Numbered from the stretch's first letter, positions 1-9,430 are shown. The stretch is DNA of 40,406 nt from an uncultured Burkholderiales bacterium (GCA_903925445.1 CAIYFE010000033.1:1-40406); one strand, 5' to 3'. The notes: a model not told the origin generated them from the sequence alone. Numbers and translations are program-made.

Positions 1-2029
1 CTTTTCGTTTCGCGGCAACGATCCGGTGCGCGAAGCCATTCACACGGTGTTTCTGTACCACGCGATTCAAGCGGGCATGGACATGGGCATCGTCAACGCG
101 GGCATGGTCGGCGTGTACGACGAGTTAGAGCCCACTTTGCGCGAACGCGTGGAAGATGTGGTCCTCAACCGCCGTCCCGACGCGGGCGAGCGTTTGATTG
201 AAGTGGCCGAAAGCGCCAAAGGCGCCGCCAAAGACGACAGCCAAAAACTGGCCTGGCGTGGCACGCCGCAAGCGCCAGTGGCCGTGGCGCAACGACTCAG
301 CCACGCCTTGGTGCATGGCATCACCGACTTCATCAACGAAGACACCGAAGAGGCGTACCGCGCCATTCTTGCCAAAGGCGGACGCCCCTTGCATGTGATC
401 GAGGGCCCACTCATGGATGGCATGAACGTGGTGGGCGATTTGTTTGGCCAAGGCAAGATGTTCTTGCCCCAAGTGGTCAAGTCCGCGCGCGTGATGAAGC
501 AAGCGGTGGCGCACTTGGTGCCTTACATCGAAGAAGAAAAACGCCAACAAGCCGCCGCGGGACAAGACGTCAAGGCCAAAGGAAAAATCGTCATGGCCAC
601 CGTCAAAGGCGATGTGCATGACATTGGCAAAAACATCGTCACCGTGGTTTTGCAATGCAACAACTTTGAAGTGGTCAACATGGGCGTGATGGTGCCGTGT
701 CACGAAATCTTGGCCAAAGCCAAAGAGCAAGGCGCGGACATCATTGGCTTGTCTGGATTGATCACGCCCAGTTTGGAAGAAATGCAGTACGTCGCTGGCG
801 AGATGCAAAAAGACGATTACTTCCGGGCGCGACGCCTGCCCTTGATGATTGGCGGCGCCACCACCAGCCGGGTGCATACCGCCGTCAAAATCGCACCGCA
901 TTACGAGGGCCCCGTGGTGTACGTGCCCGATGCTTCGCGCAGCGTGAGTGTGGCGCAAGGCTTGTTGTCTGAGCAAGCGGCGCAATACATTGCAGAGCTC
1001 AACGCCGATTACGCCAAAGTGCGTGAACAGCACGCCAACAAAAAACAAACGCCTTTGCTGACCCTGCAACAAGCGCGTGCAAATCCAGCGCAAGTCAGTT
1101 TTGAAAACTACACCCCCAAAACGCCCAAGTTCATTGGACGGCGCGTGTTCAAAAACTTTGACTTGACCGAGTTGGAAAAATACATCGACTGGGCGCCGTT
1201 TTTCCAGACGTGGGATTTGGCTGGGCCTTTCCCTGCCATCTTGAAAGACCCGGTGGTGGGCGAAGAAGCGCAAAAAGTATTTGCCGACGGACAGGCGATG
1301 CTGAAAAAAATCATCGACAACCGATGGCTCACCGCCAATGCGGTGATTGGTCTGTACCCCGCGCAACGCGTGGGCGACGACATCGTTTTGTACGCCGACG
1401 AAACACGGCAGCAGCAGGTGTTGACTTGGCATGGATTGCGCCAACAAACCGTCAAACCCATGCACGGTGATGTGCAAAACCCCAACCGGTGTTTGTCTGA
1501 CTTTGTGGCAGACCCAACCCAAGCTGCCGACTATGTGGGCCTATTTGCCGTCACTGCGGGACTGGGCGCCGAGAAGCAAGAAAAACGCTTCGTCGCCGCG
1601 CACGACGATTACTCAGCAATTTTGTTCAAAGCCTTGGCAGACCGTTTGGCGGAAGCTTTGGCCGAGTGCATGCACCATCGCGTGCGAACCGATTTGTGGG
1701 GTTACGCGCCCGACGAAGCGCTCAGTCCACAAGACCTCATCCAAGAAAAATACCAAGGCATCCGACCCGCACCCGGCTATCCCGCCTGCCCAGATCACAG
1801 CGTCAAACGCGCCATGTTTGAAGTCTTGCAGTGCCAAGACATTGACATGCAATTGACAGAAAGTCTGGCCATGTCACCCGCGGCCAGCGTCAGCGGGTTT
1901 TACTTGGCGCATCCGCAAGCCAAATACTTCAACGTGGGGCGCATCGGTCAAGATCAGGTGCAAGACTTGGCGCAACGCCAAGCCGTGGCAGTCCAAGACT
2001 TGGAGCGCTTACTCGCCCCCAATTTGTAA
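1..2029 (+). CDS. metH: Cobalamin-dependent methionine synthase (5'-truncated): end of pterin-binding domain, cap, B12-binding and AdoMet reactivation domains
   Basis: Frame is open from base 2 ([14 protein letters not shown]). Contains [14 protein letters not shown], the B12 motif [20 protein letters not shown] and [14 protein letters not shown]. Confidence 0.97.
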   Translation, partial: FSFRGNDPVREAIHTVFLYHAIQAGMDMGIVNAGMVGVYDELEPTLRERVEDVVLNRRPDAGERLIEVAESAKGAAKDDSQKLAWRGTPQAPVAVAQRLSHALVHGITDFINEDTEEAYRAILAKGGRPLHVIEGPLMDGMNVVGDLFGQGKMFLPQVVKSARVMKQAVAHLVPYIEEEKRQQAAAGQDVKAKGKIVMATVKGDVHDIGKNIVTVVLQCNNFEVVNMGVMVPCHEILAKAKEQGADIIGLSGLITPSLEEMQYVAGEMQKDDYFRARRLPLMIGGATTSRVHTAVKIAPHYEGPVVYVPDASRSVSVAQGLLSEQAAQYIAELNADYAKVREQHANKKQTPLLTLQQARANPAQVSFENYTPKTPKFIGRRVFKNFDLTELEKYIDWAPFFQTWDLAGPFPAILKDPVVGEEAQKVFADGQAMLKKIIDNRWLTANAVIGLYPAQRVGDDIVLYADETRQQQVLTWHGLRQQTVKPMHGDVQNPNRCLSDFVADPTQAADYVGLFAVTAGLGAEKQEKRFVAAHDDYSAILFKALADRLAEALAECMHHRVRTDLWGYAPDEALSPQDLIQEKYQGIRPAPGYPACPDHSVKRAMFEVLQCQDIDMQLTESLAMSPAASVSGFYLAHPQAKYFNVGRIGQDQVQDLAQRQAVAVQDLERLLAPNL

Positions 2030-2046
2030 CCGCGCGTGGGTCTGCG

Positions 2047-2745
2047 TTACCAGCGCAGCCAGCGATGGCCAATCCACGCACCAACCGCAGGCAGTGTGGC
2101 AATGCACAACAAGTAGCTGATGCAAAAACACAAGCTCAGGTCATAAGGCGCGTTGAAGGCAAACTCCAGCATGCCCATAACAGTTGCCGCAAATCCTGCG
2201 CTCGCACCGGCCAAAGCGGGATGCGTTGGCCCCATGTGACGCATGAGCCACATCAGCCCAGCAAACACTGGCAAAGACAAACAAGCAACTGCACCGCTGG
2301 TATGCCAGACCGAAGTCCAGCTGAAATTGGGTGGCATGTCGCTGGGCACACTCGCCAAAGCCCAGGCATGGCTTTGCGCCAAAACCACCGACTCGGTGGG
2401 AATGTTGGGCGACAAAGGCGCCACGGTGATCAGCAGCATGGCCGTCACGCACGCGCTGGATTGCCAAGCGATTCGAGATAAATTGGCGTAGGGCCTGGCG
2501 ATCAGCCAAGCGGTGTGCAGCGCAATCAGCGCCACCAGCGTTAACAAAATGACCTTGAATTCAAACAAACCTGTTTGAGCCAATGTCATCAACGCGGGAT
2601 GAACTCCCCAAAAAGAGACCAAAAGGGCGATGCTGATCGCAATGCCCAACAACAAAGGCGCAATCGATTTGCCCCAATGCGCGCGTTGTTGCACGTTGGG
2701 GTAAGCATCGGCAACCAGTTGCGCGATAAAGTCGTCCGTCTTCAT
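2047..2745 (-). CDS. nrsF: NrsF/DUF1109-family membrane anti-sigma factor, divergent
   Basis: Starts MKTDDFIAQL, has about 6 hydrophobic segments, LSLP...MRHMGPTHPALAGASAG and a terminal GHRWLRW. Start overlaps the stop of the ECF sigma gene (ATGA). Confidence 0.85.
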   Translation of the reverse strand: MKTDDFIAQLVADAYPNVQQRAHWGKSIAPLLLGIAISIALLVSFWGVHPALMTLAQTGLFEFKVILLTLVALIALHTAWLIARPYANLSRIAWQSSACVTAMLLITVAPLSPNIPTESVVLAQSHAWALASVPSDMPPNFSWTSVWHTSGAVACLSLPVFAGLMWLMRHMGPTHPALAGASAGFAATVMGMLEFAFNAPYDLSLCFCISYLLCIATLPAVGAWIGHRWLRW

Positions 2746-3311
2746 GGATTACCTCCCAACTTCTTCGCGAGTTCTTTGAGATCTTTCAGCCCACGGTGAA
2801 TGTTCACCTTGATCGATGCCTCCGATTGACCCGTTAAGAGCGCTGACTCGGCCACACTGTGTCCTTCTAATTTGGTCAGTTCAATGGGAAGACGTTGTTT
2901 GTCAGGCAACTCCGACAACATGCTGGTGAGCATTCCTTTGGAGTCGCTGGCATGGCTGGGATCGTACCCCCACAATTCGTCTTGCCAATCATCGATATCC
3001 TCATGTTGGCTTTCGCGGCGTGCGTATTCTCTTAAATGATCGATCAATTTATAGCGCGCAATCGCGTAGACCCAAGCCGTCAAAGGCTGATCAGATTGGT
3101 AGGTGTGTCTTTTTTGATGCACCGCCAACAGCACCTCTTGAACCAAGTCCTCCACATCATGACTTCTGGTTTGCAAGCGCCGCTTTAAAAAACTACGCAA
3201 ATGGCGGCTCAGCTCATGCAAGAGCAAAGAATAGCTGATCGCATCCCCCGCCTTGGCTTTGAGCCAAACGGCATGCAACTGAGCTTCGATGCTTTGCAGG
3301 CGAGTATTCAT
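2742..3311 (-). CDS. sigF: ECF sigma-70 factor, SigF/ECF16 type
   Basis: Region 2 DVEDLVQEVLLAVHQKRHTY...PLTAWVYAIARYKLIDHLR and region 4 LPDKQR...KVNIHRGLK. Coupled to nrsF. ATG at 3311 is preferred over the TTG at 3332. Confidence 0.9.
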   Translation of the reverse strand: MNTRLQSIEAQLHAVWLKAKAGDAISYSLLLHELSRHLRSFLKRRLQTRSHDVEDLVQEVLLAVHQKRHTYQSDQPLTAWVYAIARYKLIDHLREYARRESQHEDIDDWQDELWGYDPSHASDSKGMLTSMLSELPDKQRLPIELTKLEGHSVAESALLTGQSEASIKVNIHRGLKDLKELAKKLGGNP

Positions 3312-3364
3312 GCTTGTGAGAACGGGTGTCAAAATTACAAAGATTGCGATTTGCGATTACTTCC

Positions 3365-3390
3365 GTAACTATTTACTTTGCTGCTACGAA
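3365..3390 (+). promoter_or_regulatory. SigF/ECF16-type promoter driving the DUF692-DUF2063 pair
   Basis: GTAACT (3365-3370)-N16-CGAA (3387-3390), against the Caulobacter SigF consensus GTAACC-N16-CGAA. Lies 47 nt before the DUF692 start. Confidence 0.8.
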
Positions 3391-3437
3391 TTTACCTTGG
3401 TGATTCTTTTGTTTAACAACTCATTCCTAAAAAGAAA

Positions 3438-4271
3438 ATGATGCAAACTAAAAACCTGAAGGGCGCCGGTTGGGCTTTGCGCCCAATAAATTTGAAGCTC
3501 TTAGAGCAAGAACCCATACCACCATTGGACTTCCTTGCAATTTGCTCTGAAGAATGGCTTGGATTGGGCGGCTCGTATTCGACTGCTTTGCAAAAACTAA
3601 GCGATCGTTACCCGCTTGCTTGCCATGGTCGCGGCTTGTCGCTGGGCGGGCCTGGCGTTTTAGATCGAAAATTAATTGATGATTTCAAGAAATTCGTCAA
3701 GAACCAAAAAATCACATCCGTGACGGAGCAGCTGGCATGGAGTGCCGATGACATGCCGTTGTACGGTTCATTTCCGATTCCCGGAACTTATGAGGCCGTG
3801 CGCTGGACGGCGTCGCGCATTGCGCAGGTGCAAGATGCGCTGGGCATGCAAATTGGTGTGAGCAACGTCGCGCATTTCATGGTGCCGCCAGATGCACAAA
3901 TCAATGAAGCGCAATTCATTGCGGCGGTGATCAAAGAGTCCGGTTGCAAGTTGCATTTGGATTTGACGGCCTTGTTCGTCAATAGCCACAACTTTCAATT
4001 CAATGCCCAAGATTTCTTGGACGCTTTACCGCTGGAATCCATCAACTACGTGATGGTTTCGGGTTTTGATCAAGGCGCTTATGGATTGGCAACACCTTCG
4101 CGCCAACAACCGGTGAATGCCCAGATTTGGCAATTGCTGGCTCATTTGGTTGAGAAGCTGCAACCCCAAACGCCGACGTGCTTGATGTATCAACCCCAAA
4201 CCAACGACTGGGCAAATTGTGTGCAAGACGTTGGGCAAATTGCTCGCTTGCAATTTCGTGTGCAAGTTTGA
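3438..4271 (+). CDS. DUF692/MNIO (MbnB/TglH/ChrH/BufB-like) TIM-barrel homologue with most metal ligands substituted
   Basis: Colinear with the family: GAGWALRP, PLACHGRGLSLGG, LYGSFPIP, RIAQVQDALG, CKLHLD, FVNSHN, FLDALP, PV...WQLL. Full length with no frameshift. Confidence 0.88.
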   Translation: MMQTKNLKGAGWALRPINLKLLEQEPIPPLDFLAICSEEWLGLGGSYSTALQKLSDRYPLACHGRGLSLGGPGVLDRKLIDDFKKFVKNQKITSVTEQLAWSADDMPLYGSFPIPGTYEAVRWTASRIAQVQDALGMQIGVSNVAHFMVPPDAQINEAQFIAAVIKESGCKLHLDLTALFVNSHNFQFNAQDFLDALPLESINYVMVSGFDQGAYGLATPSRQQPVNAQIWQLLAHLVEKLQPQTPTCLMYQPQTNDWANCVQDVGQIARLQFRVQV

Positions 4272-4283
4272 GGGAGAGCCATC

Positions 4284-5024
4284 GTGGTCAAAGACTTTAG
4301 ACATTTTCAATTTGAATTCGCGCGTCATTTGCGCCAGCCGCATTTGTTTCCCAAACCAGAGGGCGTTTCACCCCAAAGCGTGGAAATTTATCAACGCGCA
4401 CGTTTTGCGCGTGTGAAAGAAGTGTTGGCATTGGTTTTTGTGCGCAGCCACACGGTGTTGGGCAACCAAGCTTGGAGCGACTTGGTGGAGCACTTTTATT
4501 GGCATTGGCCGACACACGGAACGCGGCAAAACCATTTGCCTTATGAATTTGTGAGCTTCTTGTCGGAGTATCCAGCGAGCGAAGAGACGCCTGCTTGGTT
4601 CGCTAACTTTGTTCGGTTTGAATGGATGCAATGGCGTGTTTCAGCCATGGATGCGCAGATTCCCAGCTTCAATCCCACCGGCGATTTGATGCGCAATCGT
4701 GTGGTGCTGAATCCGGCGCGTGAAGATGCAAGCTTTGACTGGCCGGTGCATGGCATTGAAAAAGAAAGCGATCCCATTGAACCATCGCGCACGGTGTTGT
4801 GGGTGCTTCGCACCTTAGACGACAGCTTGAGCGTGGTGCCCAGTGATTTATTTCAGGTTCAGTTGATTTCCTTGCTCAAAACAGGCATGACGGGTGAGCA
4901 AGCTTTGGCCGCCATGGCTGCTTGGTTGAATCACACCACGCCACAAACCTTGCTGGCCGAGGGCGCAGAGCTGTTGAATGCCTTGCGCCAATCGCAAGTG
5001 ATTTTGGGAACGGCTGTTGAGTAG
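4284..5024 (+). CDS. DUF2063-family MNIO partner (HvfC/BufC/NGO1945-like), divergent
   Basis: FQFEFARHLRQP...IY...LGNQAWSDLVEHF...EFVSFL...FEW...LNP...FDWPVHGI. GGAG Shine-Dalgarno; starts 12 nt after DUF692. Confidence 0.82.
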   Translation: MVKDFRHFQFEFARHLRQPHLFPKPEGVSPQSVEIYQRARFARVKEVLALVFVRSHTVLGNQAWSDLVEHFYWHWPTHGTRQNHLPYEFVSFLSEYPASEETPAWFANFVRFEWMQWRVSAMDAQIPSFNPTGDLMRNRVVLNPAREDASFDWPVHGIEKESDPIEPSRTVLWVLRTLDDSLSVVPSDLFQVQLISLLKTGMTGEQALAAMAAWLNHTTPQTLLAEGAELLNALRQSQVILGTAVE

Positions 5025-5036
5025 ACGATGCGGTGG

Positions 5037-6569
5037 TCAACGCTGAGGCAAGGCGCGACGGTATTGCACCGCCTCAGCAACATGCCCGACTTGTATGTGC
5101 TGGCTTTGCGCTAAGTCAGCCACGGTGCGCGCCACACGGATCGCCCGATGTGTGCTGCGTGCCGACCACCCCAATTGCTTGGAGGTGTGGATCAAAAACC
5201 GATGCGCGTCGGCTTCAAGCAGTGACAGTTGATCAAGCGCTTCATGGCTCAAACTTTGATTGGTTGTGCCTTGTCGGTCTAAGGCAATTTGTCGGGCAGT
5301 CAAGCACCGTGCGCGAACTTGTGCGGTCGACTCTCCGCGCGTTGGATGAAGCAAGACCTCGTTGGACAAAGTGGCGACTTCGACTTGCAAATCGATTCGA
5401 TCTAGCAAGGGGCCGCTGAGTTTGCCTTGGTAGCGAGCGATTTGATCGGGCGTGCATCGGCATGGCTTGTGGCTGGCGCCTAAAAATCCGCAAGGACAAG
5501 GGTTCATGGCTGCGATCAACTGAAATTGAGCGGGCAACTCCGTGTGTGTATTGGCGCGAGCCAGAGTGATGCGCCCGTTTTCCAGCGGCTCGCGCAGGGC
5601 TTCGAGTGCTTTGCGAGGAAATTCTGGCAACTCGTCTAAAAAAAGCACGCCGTGATGCGCCAATGAAATCTCGCCAGGACGCAAGGGTCGGCCACCGCCC
5701 ACCATGGCCACGCTCGTGCAGCTGTGGTGCGGTGCACGTGTGGGACGGATGTGCCAATGTGCCAAATCAAACGGCTGCCCCAGGCTTTGGATGGCCGCAC
5801 TTTCAAGGGCTTGATCAAGGGTCATCTCGGGCAACAGCGCAGAAAAACGCTGTGCCAACATGGATTTGCCGCTGCCCGGCGGGCCCATCAAAAGCAGAGA
5901 ATGCCCGCCAGCTGCGGCAATCTCCAGCGCGCGGCGCGCACTGGCTTGGCCTTTGACGTCGGCCAAATCGAGCGATGGCTGCGCTTGCTGGTGCGCTGAA
6001 ACGTGGGGGCTTACGCGAGACCATCCCTCGGTGGGTGCTGCATTGGCTGGCGCGATTTGAAATTGCGCCACCACATCTGAAAGCGCGCGGGCAGCATAAA
6101 CCTCGGTCGATGGCACCAAGGCGGCTTCTTCGGCGCTGCCTGCTGGCAAGACCAAGCGAGAGCGCACTTTGGCTTGATGCAAGGCCAAACTCATGGCCAG
6201 CGCGCCTCGAACGGGGCGCAGCTCACCGGACAAGGACAACTCACCGGCGAATTCAAACAGCTTGAGCTTGTCAACGTCCAGCAACCCCGCGGCCGCCAAG
6301 ATGCCCAAAGCAATCGGCAAATCAAAGCGGCCCGAATCTTTGGGCAAGTCGGCGGGCGCCAAGTTCACGGTGATGCGTTGGTTGTGCGGAAACTCAAAGC
6401 CTGAGTTTTGCAAGGCGCAACGCACACGCTCGCGCGCTTCCTTGACCTCGGTATCGGCCAATCCTACGAGCGTAAAACTGGGTAAGCCGTTGGCAAGATG
6501 AACCTCCACCGTGACGTTGTGAGCCTGTAAACCCAAAAGTGAGCGGCTGTGTATGAGCGCCAAAGACAT
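5037..6569 (-). CDS. comM: YifB/ComM family Mg-chelatase-like AAA+ ATPase
   Basis: VEVHLANGLPSFTLVGL, NLAPADLPK, Walker A GPPGSGKS, RAPHHS, GEISLAHHGVLFLDELPEF, AAMNPCPCG. Confidence 0.95.
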   Translation of the reverse strand: MSLALIHSRSLLGLQAHNVTVEVHLANGLPSFTLVGLADTEVKEARERVRCALQNSGFEFPHNQRITVNLAPADLPKDSGRFDLPIALGILAAAGLLDVDKLKLFEFAGELSLSGELRPVRGALAMSLALHQAKVRSRLVLPAGSAEEAALVPSTEVYAARALSDVVAQFQIAPANAAPTEGWSRVSPHVSAHQQAQPSLDLADVKGQASARRALEIAAAGGHSLLLMGPPGSGKSMLAQRFSALLPEMTLDQALESAAIQSLGQPFDLAHWHIRPTRAPHHSCTSVAMVGGGRPLRPGEISLAHHGVLFLDELPEFPRKALEALREPLENGRITLARANTHTELPAQFQLIAAMNPCPCGFLGASHKPCRCTPDQIARYQGKLSGPLLDRIDLQVEVATLSNEVLLHPTRGESTAQVRARCLTARQIALDRQGTTNQSLSHEALDQLSLLEADAHRFLIHTSKQLGWSARSTHRAIRVARTVADLAQSQHIQVGHVAEAVQYRRALPQR

Positions 6570-6607
6570 GCAGAAATCCCCAAAACTGAGCGCAGACTCG
6601 TCAAATT

Positions 6608-6624
6608 CGCACCAAAAAAGCGCA
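6608..6624. promoter_or_regulatory. Putative NtrC enhancer site
   Basis: CGCACCAAAAAAGCGCA against consensus TGCACCAWWWTGGTGCA, about 83 nt upstream of the sigma54 motif. A weaker second candidate lies 30 bp upstream (6578-6594). Confidence 0.65.
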
Positions 6625-6706
6625 TCAAAACCATAAGCATCGAAGATTACTGCCTCGAAATGGGTTGTTGGCCTAGCTTTAAGCGATGTTTTCTTGCTTG
6701 AAACGC

Positions 6707-6722
6707 TGGCATGAAGTCTGCT
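6707..6722 (+). promoter_or_regulatory. Sigma54 (-24/-12) promoter of the TorF-glnK-amtB operon
   Basis: TGGCAT-GAAGT-CTGCT matches TGGCAC-N5-TTGCW with correct GG/GC spacing, upstream of nitrogen-assimilation genes. Confidence 0.8.
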
Positions 6723-6765
6723 AAACGGTTATGTCTATTTTTGAAATCCAACCGGAGAAAACCAT

Positions 6766-7548
6766 ATGAAACTCAAGTCCAAACTTTTGCTGGCGTTGCT
6801 GGCTGTCAGCGGCGTTGCTTTTGCTGATGAAACAGCCCCACAAGACCCGTTGAGCTACAACGTGGGCGTTGTGAGCCAATACCGTTACCGTGGTCTGGCA
6901 CAAAGCCGTGGCATGCCTGCTTTGCAAGGGGGTGCTGACTTTGCGGCAGCCAATGGTTTTTATGTGGGAACTTGGGCTTCAACGATCAAATGGATTCAAG
7001 ACAGCTCCAACTCAACAGCAACGGTGAAAGGTCCTGTTGAGCTGGACATTTACGGTGGTTATAAATTCGAAGCCGCGGGCGTTGCCTACGACGTGGGCGT
7101 GTTGCAGTACGAATATTTGGGCAACAACTTGGCAGACACAAAAACCGCACACAGCCCCAACACATCCGAGGTGTACGGCGCCGCAACATTGGGCGTGGTG
7201 ACCGCTAAATACTCTTACAGCTTGACAGACTTGTTCGGCCAAATCAGCTCAGCCGGTCAAGGTTCGGCTGGTAGCTATTACCTCGATTTGAGCGCGACAT
7301 TTGACTTGGGCAACGGCTACACCTTCGTTCCTCACGCAGGTCGTCAACAAGTTAAAAACGTCAGCGACAACAGCTACACCGATTACGCTTTGACTGTGAA
7401 CAAAGACTTCGGCAACGGCTTGTCTGCCAGCTTGTCAGCCATTGCAGTGACTGCAGATAAAACACCAGGCTCTGCTTTTTACTCGACGGCCAACAACTAC
7501 TCCACCGCCAAAGGCACTTTGGTTGCTGGTGTTAAATACGCCTTCTAA
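6766..7548 (+). CDS. TorF-family (Gcw_chp/TIGR02001-type) putative outer-membrane porin
   Basis: Signal peptide, SQYRYRGLAQS, PALQGGAD, GFYVGTWAS, ELDIYGGY and a C-terminal F. GGAG RBS; typical position before glnK-amtB. Confidence 0.88.
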   Translation: MKLKSKLLLALLAVSGVAFADETAPQDPLSYNVGVVSQYRYRGLAQSRGMPALQGGADFAAANGFYVGTWASTIKWIQDSSNSTATVKGPVELDIYGGYKFEAAGVAYDVGVLQYEYLGNNLADTKTAHSPNTSEVYGAATLGVVTAKYSYSLTDLFGQISSAGQGSAGSYYLDLSATFDLGNGYTFVPHAGRQQVKNVSDNSYTDYALTVNKDFGNGLSASLSAIAVTADKTPGSAFYSTANNYSTAKGTLVAGVKYAF

Positions 7549-7567
7549 TCCAGATAAGTCGCTTTAA

Positions 7568-7918
<351 letters not shown>

Positions 7919-7933
7919 GAGGAATTACCCATC

Positions 7934-9397
7934 ATGAAAAAACTTTTAGCTTCTCTTGCCTTGGGCTTGGGTTTGTGGTTTGGCGGCTCTGTTGCCATGG
8001 CACAAACGGCCCCCGCCGCTGCGCCTGCTGTTGAAGCCAAAGCGGATGCTGCGCCTGCCGCCGCACAAGCTGCCGCTCCTGCCGCTGTGCCCAACAAAGG
8101 CGACACCGCTTGGATGACGGTCGCCACCGTGTTGGTGATTTTGATGACCATTCCCGGCCTGGCCTTGTTCTACGGCGGTTTGGTTCGCAGCAAAAACATG
8201 CTGTCGATCTTGATGCAAGTGTTTGTGGTGACGTCCTTGATCTACGTTTTGTGGATTTTGTACGGCTACAGCTTGACCTTCACGGCCAGCAATCCGTTCA
8301 TTGGTAGCTTGGACAAACTGTTCTTCAAAGGCATCACGCCCGACTCTGTTGCTGCAACCTTCAGCAAAGGCGTGGTCATTCCTGAGTTCACGTTTGCGGC
8401 TTTCCAAGCCACCTTTGCGGCCATCACTTGCACATTGATCGTGGGCGCATTTGCTGAACGTGTGCGTTTCTCGGCTGTGTTGTTGTTCTGTGCTTTGTGG
8501 TTCACCTTCAGCTACATGCCGATTGCCCACATGGTTTGGTATTGGGACGGCCCTGACGCGATCACCGACGCTGCTTCTTTGGACAAAGTGACCGCAGCTG
8601 CGGGTTGGTTGTGGGCCAAAGGTGCTTTGGACTTCGCAGGCGGTACCGTGGTTCACATCAACGCTGCTGTGGCTGGCTTGGTGGGTGCTTTTGTGATCGG
8701 CAAACGCGTGGGTTACGGCAAAGAAGCCATGGCTCCTCACAGCCTGACATTGACCATGGTGGGCGCATCGCTCTTGTGGGTGGGTTGGTTCGGCTTCAAT
8801 GCTGGCTCTAACTTGGAAGCCAATGGCGTGACTGCTCTGGCATTCGTCAACACCTTGGTGGCTACGGCTGCTGCCACATTGAGCTGGATCGCGGGTGAAG
8901 CGTTGTCTAAAGGCAAAGCCTCGATGCTGGGTGCGGCTTCTGGTGCTGTGGCTGGTTTGGTGGCCATCACTCCCGCTTGCGGTTTTGTGGGCCCTATGGG
9001 CGCCATCGTGATTGGCTTGTTGGCTGGCTTCATCTGCTTGTGGGGTGTCAATGGTTTGAAACACCTCTTGGGTGCGGACGACTCCTTGGACGTGTTTGGC
9101 GTTCACGGTGTGGGCGGCATCTTGGGTGCGTTGTTGACCGGTGTGTTTGCTTCTCCAGCTTTGGGTGGCACAGGCATCTATGACTACGTGGCCAACGCTG
9201 TCTCGCCTGACTACGACATGGCTCACCAAGTGTTGGTGCAAGCACAAGCTGTCTTGACCACTTTGGTCTGGTCGGGTGTGGTGTCTTACATCGCCTACAA
9301 ATTGGTGGACATCGTTTTGGGTCTGCGTGTGAGCGAAGAAGAAGAGCGCGAAGGCTTGGACATCAGCTCGCACGGCGAGACTGCTTACCACCGTTAA
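7934..9397 (+). CDS. amtB: Ammonium transporter
   Basis: PGLALFYGGLVRSKN, DFAGGTVVH, WVGWFGFNAGS, DDSLDVFGVHG and EEEREGLD. Signal peptide followed by an Ala/Pro linker. Confidence 0.98.
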   Translation: MKKLLASLALGLGLWFGGSVAMAQTAPAAAPAVEAKADAAPAAAQAAAPAAVPNKGDTAWMTVATVLVILMTIPGLALFYGGLVRSKNMLSILMQVFVVTSLIYVLWILYGYSLTFTASNPFIGSLDKLFFKGITPDSVAATFSKGVVIPEFTFAAFQATFAAITCTLIVGAFAERVRFSAVLLFCALWFTFSYMPIAHMVWYWDGPDAITDAASLDKVTAAAGWLWAKGALDFAGGTVVHINAAVAGLVGAFVIGKRVGYGKEAMAPHSLTLTMVGASLLWVGWFGFNAGSNLEANGVTALAFVNTLVATAAATLSWIAGEALSKGKASMLGAASGAVAGLVAITPACGFVGPMGAIVIGLLAGFICLWGVNGLKHLLGADDSLDVFGVHGVGGILGALLTGVFASPALGGTGIYDYVANAVSPDYDMAHQVLVQAQAVLTTLVWSGVVSYIAYKLVDIVLGLRVSEEEEREGLDISSHGETAYHR

Positions 9398-9430
9398 TTT
9401 TCCAAGTTCTTCAGGTTTTCCTTGGACTTT

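Noticed and set aside
3438-5024. Calling the DUF692/DUF2063 genes pseudogenes
   Set aside because: There are no stops, frameshifts or truncations, the promoter is intact, and substitutions concentrate at functional rather than structural positions. A dN/dS test is still needed.
2030-6569. Mobile-element insertion at comM (or at radA), which are known integration hotspots
   Set aside because: Both genes are intact, and no integrase, transposase or flanking direct repeats were seen.
8000-8090. GCC/GCT-rich quasi-repeats at the start of amtB
   Set aside because: They encode an ordinary Ala/Pro linker after the signal peptide and are not a DNA repeat element.
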